A stretch of 64,000 bases of DNA from contig CM082597.2 in assembly GCA_040954595.2 (NCBI GenBank), forward strand, positions 8,773,778 to 8,837,777, given 5' to 3'. Position numbers and translations under genes: made by a program. The DNA is from Balanoglossus misakiensis (taxonomy: Eukaryota > Animalia > Hemichordata). Shown here piece after piece: positions 26,650-36,644 of the stretch; the first letter of the stretch is position 1; each line of letters begins with the position of its first letter. The notes beneath the pieces were generated by a model. The model was not told the DNA's origin and searched no databases. It was given only the letters and a program-made list of their open reading frames with translations.

Positions 26650-27030
26650 ATGTACGTTCAGTAAAATTGAAAGTATTGTCATTTCTTTTAATCGTGAATT
26701 TTGGGATTATCTTGTGTACGTACAAGATGAATCTGTGATAAAATAAAGGCGTCACCTTGCTTGCTTTTGAAATACAAGGCCATTAATTTAGTTGATAATA
26801 GAAGAAACCTGCTGACTCAGCATGGTTCACCAATGGTTTGTCTATGGACAAAAACCTTAAAGAAATTTATCTCAAAATAGAGCATTGTAATCACACAATT
26901 TTATTTGACCAATGAATTTATATTTACTAGACTGAGCTATGTGTAAAATTTCGTGAAAATGACAATAGTAGAAGTTTGTTTTCTAGCAATTATCAATGTA
27001 ATCCTATGAGAAAAAGACACCTGAGATTAA
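26650..27030 (+). repeat. Interspersed repeat; inverted copies at ~45960-46285 and ~28060-28225
   Basis: attgtcatttcttttaatcgtg...aatttagttgataat...gagctatgtgtaaaatttc..gaaaatgacaata matches the reverse complement of 46010-46285. Confidence 0.7.
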
Positions 27031-27137
27031 AAGGTCATTCCAAAAATTTATCCGGAATTCTGAAATAAGTTCGGAATGTGTTAAATGTGAAAATAGTGAC
27101 TTGAAGTTATGTTGCAAGTGACTTGTTTATGTCTCAC

Positions 27138-27266
27138 CTTTGCATGCTGTTCCATTCACATCTGGTTCAAATCCCACCAAACATGCACACTGATAGTCAC
27201 CATCTCTATTTTCACAGACTTGATTGATTCCACACCGTGCCACCAATGTACTACATTCATTGATAT
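27138..27266 (-). CDS. uif: uif-like exon O (calcium-binding EGF)
   Basis: tttcag|DINECSTLVARCGINQVCENRDGDYQCACLVGFEPDVNGTACK|gtgaga; 129 nt, phase 1-1. Confidence 0.9.
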
Positions 27267-27744
27267 CTGAAATGTTATTCATCAAGATATGATCAAAATC
27301 CCACAGGTCCGCTGGTAAATTCAGACCAACAAGTTTAGCTGGGAACCACCAGACCAACAGGAAATTTTCACAAACAAATTTTCGCGAACTATGCAAGAGC
27401 CCCCCCAAAAAAGACATTTTTGTGTAAAAAACTATTTTCAGTGATAACAATGTAGTGAAATACGAGAACATGAAAATTAATCGTCTCATAACAGTTTCTG
27501 CTTTTGATATCGCAAAAAATTTCTTTGTCGCGAAAATTTCCTGTTTTACAGTAATCAATGAAAAATAAAATTACGAAAATCATGAAATTTCTGACAGCCA
27601 TAGATTTGCATGGCATGAACTGTATGTCCTATCAGCATGTAGTTTAGGTGACATTTATGATAAATAGTCAAATTACTGGAGTGATCGATTACGGTACCTC
27701 ATAAGCAGACAACCACATGAAGACCAATCTTGATGTGAACTTAC

Positions 27745-27927
27745 CAATGCATGATGGTATTGCACTATTCCACTGTAAATCGGATTGACAAGTCAGGTAA
27801 TCAGCACCATTTAATTCATAGCCAGCATTACAATAGAATGTGATGTTACTGCCCATATAATATGGTCCACTATCAGGGACAGCTTGTAGATGTGGGTCTG
27901 TTATGAGTCTATCACTGCAGTTCAATC
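27745..27927 (-). CDS. uif: uif-like exon N (Sushi/CCP)
   Basis: ttgcag|LNCSDRLITDPHL...GSNITFYCNAGYELNGADYLTCQSDLQWNSAIPSCI|gtaagt; 183 nt. Confidence 0.9.
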
Positions 27928-28237
27928 CTGCAAGTAAAAAAAATAAAACACTATGTGGATGCAGACTTGATTGTGGTATATATATTGGGTATCTGTATTC
28001 TGTCACAACTTTAACATTTTCACCCCAAGTTCCCACTATAAAAGTCCAGATACCATTGACTCCTTTTTTTCAATTATCGACTAAATTCATGACTCTGTAT
28101 TTCAAAAACAAGCGTGGTGACCCCTATATTTTATCACAAATTTTCATTATACATACATAGGATAATCCAAAAATTAACAATTAAAAGAAATGACCATATT
28201 TTCAATTTTACTGAATGTACATCCTTAAATGACTTAC

Positions 28238-28420
28238 GTTGACAGTATCCTGGATCTCCAATCCATGATCCATCTTCACCACATGTAGAGACAGTGTAGC
28301 CAGTCAGACTGTAGCCAGATGGACATGAGTAGGCAACGGTTGTTCCAAAAATCAATGAATCACCATTAACAATTTCATATGATAAGTAGTTGTCTACATT
28401 CGGTGGTGGACACTCGCGAG
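28238..28420 (-). CDS. uif: uif-like exon M (Sushi/CCP)
   Basis: aaacag|RECPPPNVDN...FGTTVAYSCPSGYSLTG...TCGEDGSWIGDPGYCQ|gtaagt; 183 nt. Confidence 0.9.
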
Positions 28421-28721
28421 CTGTTTGGATAAGATGAACAGATAACATTACAAGTGTGTTAATACTAGGAAAATGGTTTAAAGGGACATGTAGCAGTAAC
28501 CCTCACAATCCTGCATATTTTCAAGTTACCAGTGTCTGGTTTAACATTCAGTGTGTAATGTCCCAATTAGACACCCATGTGGAATGTAGCAACCAGCACA
28601 AAGTGCCCCATCATAACGCTATGGAGAGAATTTCAACTTGAGTCAGTGATTTTTATGAAAACATGACAGTGAACACCCTGTGTTATACTTTGTTTTCAAA
28701 ACGACTCATCACACACTTTAA

Positions 28722-29021
28722 AGCCTCTAGAGCTGCCAAATTTCACAATTTTTTTCTTTTCCACAGTAAAACCTTTCAAATCTATGGTGATGCATACCAC
28801 GATAGCTAGCTGCATACTGTTTGTATGGAGGCTGATTTTAATAAAATGGGTACGGCACCTGTTTAATACATTGCACGTTTAAATTGCAACATACAGCCAC
28901 AATCAGGCATTGATGACATGTTCTTGTATCCCTATCAGTAAGCTTAATTATTTCAATGTACCAATCTACGTCGGAAAATAAAATCTGAAAATAAATGCAA
29001 AAAGTGGCAGCTCTAGTGGCT
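28722..29021. mobile_element. TTAA-flanked MITE
   Basis: TTAA-agcctctagagctgcca...tggcagctctagtggct-TTAA. Confidence 0.85.
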
Positions 29022-29124
29022 TTAAAGCACTGAAAGGTTCAGAGGACTAACATTTTTCTGAAAATCCGTCTCCTAAGTGTGCACTACAATGGCAGTTTAA
29101 TTGTTTTCAAAAATATCAACTTAC

Positions 29125-29304
29125 GCTCGCATTGGGGCACAAGTGGACCCCAGACACCATCTGCTTGGCATTCCAATGAAGACACATTATTTATAAACTG
29201 ATAGCCCTCAATGCATTGATAATAAGCAATGCCACCATACACTGTACTGGTAACATTGGTAAGAATTCCATTGCTGCACTCAGGGGGTCCACCACATGTT
29301 ATTC
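29125..29304 (-). CDS. uif: uif-like exon L (Sushi/CCP)
   Basis: tttttag|ITCGGPPECSNGILTNVTSTVYGGIAYYQCIEGYQF...LECQADGVWGPLVPQCE|gtaagt; 180 nt, phase 1-1. Confidence 0.9.
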
Positions 29305-29596
29305 CTAAAAAATAAACAACAAATTAGTGTCATTCAAGTTGTTGCTAACAATAGATTCAAGAGACAAATTAAGTCTCTCTCATCACTGCACTTTTTTCAT
29401 TAATTATCTTGGATACAAGACACCAGGCTAGGCATATTTGCATAGCTGGTACGACTTATACACGGCGAAAATGTTTTTTTTTTCCTGAAAGAGTGACCTC
29501 AAAGCTACAAAATTATGTAGATATCAGCTAGACCGGACATCCCCTTTAACTACTGGATAACCGTCCGAGCATTGGAATGAGACAGAGACATCATAC

Positions 29597-29650
29597 CTTC
29601 TATCTCTGTACTGGTCACCACGCCCTCACTAATCACAATTTCGGGACAGT
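29597..29650 (-). CDS. uif: uif-like exon K (vestigial first half of a Sushi domain)
   Basis: ctgacag|(D)CPEIVISEGVVTSTEIE-G|gtatga; 54 nt, phase 1-1. Confidence 0.65.
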
Positions 29651-29725
29651 CTGTCAGAACAAGGATCACAATGATAAGAATGCATGCAGACAAATACTTA
29701 AACTCATAAATGTCAGTTGTTTTAA

Positions 29726-29949
29726 AGTGAAGGGGTCGTCGCAACGCGTTTGTTTATAAACATTACAATTCATCCACAAATCCCTCAAATAAAATAATTC
29801 TTAGAATGAACGAAGCAGCTGACAGTATCCTAGACTGTCCATGACAGCAACTGAAGATCCTAGTAGGTCGTGGCTGTCTAATTTCAGGGATTTGTGGATG
29901 AATTGCAATGTTTATAAACAAACTAACGCAGTGCGACGACCCCATCACT
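29726..29949. mobile_element. MITE with ~65-bp terminal inverted repeats
   Basis: TTAA-agtgaaggggtcgtcgca...tttataaacattacaattcatccacaaatccct versus agggatttgtggatgaattgcaatgtttataaa...tgcgacgaccccatcact. Confidence 0.85.
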
Positions 29950-30170
29950 TTATTGAGTGTGATACAAGAGTGTTGCCATTCCTGTCAATGGTCCAAAATT
30001 GCATTGCAATTGTAAGAAATTACTGTCTCTGTTTTTCCAGCTCTTTGAAGTTTCGTAAAAATTCAAAAACATTTGCTCCTTTCAATTAATGACTCTAAAT
30101 CACAAGGAATAAAGGGAGAGTGTGTTTCTAAGAATTCTGTAACAACTTTTTCTGAAATGTTAGTAAGTTA

Positions 30171-30377
30171 CTGTAAAACACTTTATTTTCGCGAGCAAGA
30201 GATTTTCGCGAAATACGCGAGATCCAAAATAGCGTGAAAATAAAAAGTTGCGTAATTTTTTTGAAGATAAAGATGCAATGAATGAAATAAGAGAACGCGA
30301 AAATTAATACTGGCGAAACAGTGGCCTCTCTCGATGTCGCGAAAAATTTCAACTCGTGAAAATAAAGTGTTTTACAG
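30171..30377. mobile_element. TA-flanked palindromic MITE (Tc1/mariner-pogo-type ends); other family members at ~27355-27551, ~30610-30800 and ~34320-34365
   Basis: TA-ctgtaaaacac...ttttcgcga...gtgttttacag-TA. Confidence 0.85.
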
Positions 30378-30386
30378 TATGTGTAC

Positions 30387-30570
30387 CTGGTGAAAATGAA
30401 GCCCTGAATCCTTTAGCTGGTCGTGTTCTACTACTCCTGAACACAACCGAAAAGTGTCCAATGTCTGTACGGCAATCGGGTGGTGGCACAGTGCCATCAA
30501 TGACTCCATCAGAATTGCCACTCCATGGACCAATAATGACATCATCATCACTCTCAGTACCATTGTATAC
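30387..30570 (-). CDS. uif: uif-like exon J (CUB3 second half)
   Basis: ctgaag|VYNGTESDDDVIIGPWSG...FSVVFRSSRTRPAKGFRASFSP-D|gtacac; 184 nt, phase 0-1. Confidence 0.85.
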
Positions 30571-30850
30571 CTTCAGAAACAAAGACAAATTAAGCATGCA
30601 TTGTAAATACCGTAAAACGGGAAATCTTCACAACAGGAAATTTTCGCGATATCAAAGGTGGCTACTGTTACGCGACAATTAATTTTCACACTGGCATATT
30701 TTACTGCATTGTTATCTCTGAAGCATTTTAAGCGACTTTTTATTTTCATATTTTTTGGCTCTCACATAGTTTACGAAAATTTATCGTTCACGAAAATTTT
30801 ATAGTATTCAATCCTTGTTGCATTTCCTGCTGTAACAGCTACTCAACATA

Positions 30851-31056
30851 CTGTAAAATGGTAAATGTTCGCAAACAATAAATTTTCGCGATCTACGTGA
30901 GAGCCATCAAAACATGAAAATAAAAAGTTGCGTAAAAATGTTTTTCGGGGATAATGATGCAGTGAAATACAAGAACGTGAAAAGTTATTGTTGCATAACA
31001 CTTGCCTCTTTTGATAACGCGAAAATTTCATGTTGCAAAAGTATCCCGTTTTACAG
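30851..31056. mobile_element. TA-flanked MITE, same family as 30171-30377
   Basis: TA-ctgtaaaatgg...ccgttttacag-TA. Confidence 0.85.
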
Positions 31057-31223
31057 TATATATGTGATTAATTAAATTTCCAAATTGTGTTCCAAAGTTG
31101 TATAGTTTGAAGTAATGTCTGCCAAAATTGTCAAACTAAAATCACTGCAAAATAATATGACAAATTTTTTAATATGACAAATATTTTTAACATGGCTGAC
31201 TCATGATCATATCTGATACTCAC

Positions 31224-31408
31224 AATGATGTAATCAACATCTGTGTTCCTCTCTAATCCAAAGTTCTCATCAAAGATAAGAGTTAATGGTCTTCCAGTTG
31301 GTTCCTTGATTAACCAGCTACACATAACATCATCAGGGTAAGTGCTAACATCATACCCTGGTGACTGAATCGTGCCAAAACTACGCAGAATTTCAATTCC
31401 CTGGCAAC
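31224..31408 (-). CDS. uif: uif-like exon I (CUB3 first half)
   Basis: ttaaag|CQGIEILRSFGTIQSPGYDVSTYPDDVMCSWLIKEPTGRPLTLIFDENFGLERNTDVDYII|gtgagt; 185 nt, phase 1-0. Confidence 0.9.
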
Positions 31409-31621
31409 CTTTAAAGAAACAAGTGACCTATCGGTCAAAAGAGCTCTGCTGACTTTAACAGTGAAACCTATAGCTGGGCAATGATATGAATACCCTAGGT
31501 TTTAATCATAACAATTGTATTCTATTAAACAAAACCAAACATAGACATCACAAGTATTTAATATCCACATTCAGCCTGATTCATTGTGCTAAAGAAAGAA
31601 AGAAAGAATTTATTCCTAAAG

Positions 31622-32170
31622 AACAACATCAAAAGGAAGTACCAAGGTACTAATTTGCATATTCATGACCCGATCAAAATTCCAATAAAACAAAATCAGG
31701 TAGGGGCACCATAACACACATTCTACCAAATTTCAGCTCCATCGTACATGTAGTTAGGGAGAAGAAGATTTTTTACCAAAAATTATATTTTTAGATCTAA
31801 TTTGCATATTCATGACCCGATCATATCCAACTTTATGAAATCAGGTAGGGGCACCATAACACACATTCCTGCCAAATTTCAGCTCCATCGTACATGTAGT
31901 TAGGGAGAAGAAAATGTTTGACCAACATTCTATTTTTAGATCTAATTTGCATATTTATGACCCCATCAAATCCAAATTTACAAAATCAGGTAGGGGCACA
32001 ATAACACACATTCCTACCAAATTATAGCTAAATATGCAATGTCGTTTTAACGAAGAAGATTGAAATACCGAAAGTTGACGGACGACGGACAACGGACGCC
32101 GGACGACAGACGGACACTTATCAACCTACTGCTACAGCTTGGCTGACACAAGTGACAGCCAAGCTAAAAA
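31622..32170 (+). mobile_element. Helentron-associated/DINE-like non-autonomous element
   Basis: Three ~147-bp subrepeats (taatttgcatattcatgacccga...taggggcaccataacacacatt...ccaaatttcagc), a (GACG)-type microsatellite at ~32077-32116, and a 3' hairpin agcttggctg..cagccaagct (32136-32165) followed by an A run. Confidence 0.7.
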
Positions 32171-32547
32171 TACCAAACAAGGAATAATGAATTCAATCCA
32201 CAGGTTTGGTGTAATCCTGGCTGCCTTTTATTTTGTGCTAGGGGATCAAATCACATAATAATTGCCTTCTGGATAAAAAGTCGTACGCGACAGAAGAAAT
32301 GACTGTTAACTGTATATGACTTCCTTAGGTCAAACCTTTCTGTCGTTATACATGTAGTTATCAAATTAAACTCATTTAACTTTTTTCACATTTTGTTATT
32401 TTTTCTGTTAAAAAGTTCCATAATGACCCAGTATCAGATTAGCTTATATTATAAACTTCCAGAAAGAATGGCAAAAGAAGATAGATCTGTGATCCTTACA
32501 ATTCTTACTGGGTTGAAATTCTTTGGGAATGATTTTAAGTGATTTAA

Positions 32548-32896
32548 AGGGACAAAGTTTCTCTCACTCGCTGCCCTTTTTCCATTAACTATGTTTGATA
32601 CAAGACACTGTTTATGTTATTCTACATGTGGATATATAGTGAATCAACATTCAACCACGCACAACTTCCATCCCGTTTGTAGGATATGAGAGTAAAAATA
32701 TTGCCAAAATGAATAAACGGTAGAGACCAATTATTCATTTTGGCGAGTTTTTTCACTCTTGTGTCTACAAGTGGGATGGAAGTTGTTTGTGGTCAAACGT
32801 TGTTTCAATATATATCCACATGTAGAATAACATAAACGCTGTATTGTATCATCATAATTCCTGGAAAAAGGGTAGCGAGAGAGAGTGTTTGTCCCT
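32548..32896. mobile_element. Palindromic TTAA-flanked MITE (family also at 33299-33574, 45197-45487, ~46285-46576)
   Basis: TTAA-agggacaaa...tttgtccct-TTAA with long imperfect arms (gttattctacatgtggatatat / atatatccacatgtagaataac). Confidence 0.9.
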
Positions 32897-32981
32897 TTAA
32901 AACATTGTTCTCTTGCATCATGAATCCTTGATTGCCTCTTCATTCAAACAACGTCTTAATCAATTTGAATGCGTTACCTAC

Positions 32982-33183
32982 CTGCCCAGTAATGTACATG
33001 AAAACCTCTCATTGTAACTGCATCATCACTCTTAATGTCAACTCTCATCATACTTTTGGAAGATATGATGACATTGGGTAACTCCATCCCAGAAAATAAA
33101 GCAAGTCTGAGGGCAGGATTCAGTTCAGCGCCATCGTATACAGACACTTGATCAGCCCCATCTTCTGTTGCAAAGGAGATAAA
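32982..33183 (-). CDS. uif: uif-like exon H (CUB2 second half); ancestral acceptor reads CCG, cryptic CAG gives 33164
   Basis: FISFATEDGADQVSVYDG...FSG...SDDAVTMRGFHVHYWA-G|gtaggt; 202 nt, the same length as paralogous exon F. Confidence 0.8.
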
Positions 33184-33298
33184 CGGAAAAGATATAAAAA
33201 ATAGCATCAAAGACACTTTGCTCCCATTTGATATGTACATTTAAATGTGACATACCGTACAATCATAGTGATCACAATTTCCTACACAAAACCATTAA

Positions 33299-33574
33299 GG
33301 GGCAAAGTCTCTCTCTCTCTCGCTGCCCCTTTTCCATTAATTATCGTTTGATTATCGTTTATGATATTCTAGATGTGGATATATAGTGAATCAACATTCC
33401 ATCCCGCTTCATTTTGGGCGAGATTTTTACTCTCATATCCTAAAAATGGGATGGAAGGTGTGTGTGGTCGAATGTTGATTCACTATATATCCTCATGTAG
33501 AATAACATAAACGGTGTCTTGTATCGAACATAATTAATGGGAAAAGGGCAGCGAGAGAGAGAGACTTCGTCCCT
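33299..33574. mobile_element. Palindromic MITE, same family as 32548-32896
   Basis: TTAA-ggggcaaagtctctctctctcgctgccc...gggcagcgagagagagagacttcgtccct. Confidence 0.85.
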
Positions 33575-33943
33575 ATAAGGACACCTTTAGCATTGATGAG
33601 GTAATATAAGAATACATCTGATAAAGAATATTTTCACATCCCAATAAACCAAAATCCAAAACAACTGGAAGAGCCGTTTCTGACATAAGTGGACTTTTGG
33701 ACCAAAAATGTCTAAAACTACCCACCCCCCTCCTCCCCAGTATTGATATTTGTCACATGTTTATGTACACCATAATAACAAATATTGTAGGTCCTTGTAA
33801 ACCAAATTTTAAGAAATCGGAAAAGTGACTACTGAGAATTGACCAGAAATGACAAAAATAAAATGTATTTTTAAAAATATAATTACTAATTTTTGTCATG
33901 CTGTAAAACAACTCACACGATTAATTGCATCTGAATCCACTAC

Positions 33944-34095
33944 CTGTAAAGTGACAACAAATTCTGTTGTGAATGATGCCAGCTGTCAGTTACAATCTTC
34001 ATTGTTGAGATAATTCTTGCCTTCAAAATATTCTGTACTGCTGAGATTCTGTTTATATGACTGTGCTATGAAATTCCCACCACACAAAGAATACA
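33944..34095 (-). CDS. uif: uif-like exon G (CUB2 first half) with in-frame TGA
   Basis: ctttcag|YSLCGGNFIAQSYKQNLSSTEYFEGKNYLNNEDCN*QLASFTTEFVVTLQ|gtagtg; TGA at the CUB C-x-W position. Confidence 0.8.
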
Positions 34096-34388
34096 CTGAA
34101 AGAAAGAAGAAGTCATCTTAACAGAAACACTTCACAAACAGGACATCAGCAAGATCACAGTCGAGGTAGGGCAAATATTGCCTACATGTGCAATCTATAA
34201 TGTTATACCAGGTTCACGTAGGGTAAAATTCGAAACGTTTCAGAGACACTATTTGCCTAAGGTAAACACAGAGCATTAATGCTTTTAGTTGCCTTGTGTC
34301 CACACATGCAAAGTTTATGTGTAGTTCGCGAAAATTTATCGTTTGCGAAAATTTCCAGTTTTACATTATGTATAAAACTTGGTATTAC

Positions 34389-34590
34389 CTGCTTGCCAAG
34401 ATGCTTCAAAGCCAGTAGCAGTATGCGAACTATCTGAGAGAAATTTCACCAACATTGCATTACCACTGCTAATAACTTCATCAGGCTGGTCCGGTCCACT
34501 GTATGTGGCAAGAACTTTGGATGGGTCAAACACAGACACCTCGACAATGACAACAGTATCATGATAAAGTTCAGTGTCAAAATGTAGAAA
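34389..34590 (-). CDS. uif: uif-like exon F (CUB1 second half)
   Basis: ttttcag|FLHFDTELYHDTVVIV...YSG...VKFLSDSSHTATGFEASWQA-G|gtaata; 202 nt, phase 0-1. Confidence 0.9.
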
Positions 34591-34956
34591 CTGAAAAGAA
34601 TAAAAAAATGTCACAACACACATCATAAATAGTGAGCTGTCTCAAGCCAATATACATGAAAATAAACACAGTTTCATGACTTAAGCCCCATTAGCTGTAA
34701 CTTTTTGCATTTTTCAGTATTTCTATTCTGTGTATCAATTATAGTTTCTTGTTCAGCTACGCAGGGCAGAGTTAAATCCATAGTCTTAACTTCTCAACGA
34801 AACCTATGAGGGCACAATCGGCATTGTTGTTGTTTGAAAACATTCGTAAATAATAACAACAGTCAGTACACATACACATGACTCGTTGACAAGCAGAGAG
34901 CTGGGTGTGATGGGTTACTCATGAGGAGAGGAACAAGAAAAAGTGTTTAATTTAAA

Positions 34957-35611
34957 TAATAACACATGATAGCGAGGGCAATATCACGATTTGAAGCCTG
35001 CATGAGGGATGGTGATCTCTGACCATAATATTGATGATGCCCGAGCCGCAGGCGAGGGTATCATCAATATTTTGGTCAGAGATCACCAGCCCGAGGGCAG
35101 GCTTCAAATCGTGATGTTGCCCGAGCATAATGTGTTATTAATTTTATTACGCCGAACATTTGAACGTACATACACTGCAGCATGTAGCATGTAGACTCGC
35201 GTCCATATGTCGTACGTTGCTGAGAATGTAAAATGTCTCGATCTCCCAAGAATTATACGATACCTACTTCGAACTTAGATTATTTTGAAATTACTGCGCT
35301 GTTGGTTGCGATTTTGGTGTATTTACTGCCCGTTTGCAGTAAAATATCATCCAGTAGAACAGGTGTTAAGCCTGTGTGTCGCTTTGAAGCCATATAGATG
35401 CGGGAGTTGACTGATCGTGAAGGAAGCCATTGAACGACAGTTTGGAACGCGCAGAAGTCGTGCCCAGAACACCAAAACAACCAAGCGGGCAATATCAGCG
35501 CACGCGACAGGGCTTTATCAACTCTAGCCATGTTATATCACTTTTTTTTCTATATCACGTGAGCGCGTCTCAGCCAATCACGAAAACGGTATAATACGTG
35601 AGGTGTAATAA
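34957..35611 (+). mobile_element. Non-autonomous element with a 184-nt terminal hairpin and a short internal/terminal inverted repeat (Crypton-like layout, tentative)
   Basis: Hairpin 34957-35140 with apex GCC-GCA-GGC; ttattacgcc (35144) is inverted with ggtgtaataa (35602-35611). Confidence 0.6.
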
Positions 35612-35919
35612 ACACAAAATAAAATTACTGATAAACTAGCCTGAAGTTATAGATAATGGCCCTTTAATTCAAAAGTTTACCAAAAATCATGTTTGTTATA
35701 AAGAAGAAAAAAATCAAATTATTTTTTTTTTAGTTGAAATGAATTTAAATCTAATACATGTGTCTGGTTTTTTTTTTAAAGTGTTTGTATGTCGAATGGA
35801 CGGGAAAAGGTGTTTTGTATAGGCAGGTTTCCAGATTAGACAGAGTTAGTGGTTTATGCAAGTTTTACTGTAAAAAATAACTGGTTTTGGAATTTGACAG
35901 TTTACAAGTGAGCACTTAT

Positions 35920-36041
35920 TCTGGATGTTGCAGGTCCCTGGATTGTCCAAATACATTCTTGTAGAATGTAATAATTATCATCTGGGTATCCAGTGCTGTG
36001 AAAGGTCCCCGATTCACCAGTTTCCAAACCACCACATGTTC
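35920..36041 (-). CDS. uif: uif-like exon E (CUB1 first half), donor site defective
   Basis: attcag|TCGGLETGESGTFHSTGYPDDNYYILQECIWTIQGPATSR, then ATAAGT instead of GTAAGT; read-through reaches TAA after ISAHL. Confidence 0.75.
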
Positions 36042-36354
36042 CTGAATATCATTAAAATAAAAAGAAAGAGTATGTTTGTGTGATGAATGGTCATAAAGAT
36101 TCAGCTCATCAAGTTGACGAAATTTCATTGATGATAAAATTACTTCACCAACAGTGAGTATCCAATGTACATGTATAAAACAATGTTTGTATTAGTATAA
36201 ATCAAATGTAAAAATTTTGAAACGACATTTATCACACCCGAAAATTCCAAGAACCGCATATTATGATTCTCTAAGCTCAAACTATCAGTGTGACAGATGC
36301 CAGATTCTTAAAATACTTGGCCCAGTTTTGTTTCTGATTTATATTTATGACATA

Positions 36355-36545
36355 CTGTAAAACAGGAAATTTTTCATGATATCAAAAGTGGCAACTGTTA
36401 TGCGATGATTGATTTTCGCATTCTCATATTTCACGGCATTGCTATCTTCGAAAAACATTTTTACACAACTTGTTTATTTTCGCGTTTTTTTGGCTCTCGC
36501 ATAGTTCGCAAAAATGTATCGCTCGCGAAAATTTCCTGTTTACAG
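36355..36545. mobile_element. TA-flanked MITE, same family as 30171-30377
   Basis: TA-ctgtaaaacaggaaattttt...aaaatttcctgtttacag-TA. Confidence 0.85.
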
Positions 36546-36644
36546 TACAAAATTCTTTGAGGATCAGACTTTCTGCTGACAGTTCAAAAGTAGTCTTTAG
36601 TTGCAAAGGAGATGATCATACAATTAAACCACGATCGTGACGTC

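Noticed and set aside
33986-33988. Selenocysteine or alternative genetic code reading of the TGA
   Set aside because: The position is a conserved Trp, not Cys; all other Trp codons I read in the exons are TGG; no 3' UTR or SECIS is visible.
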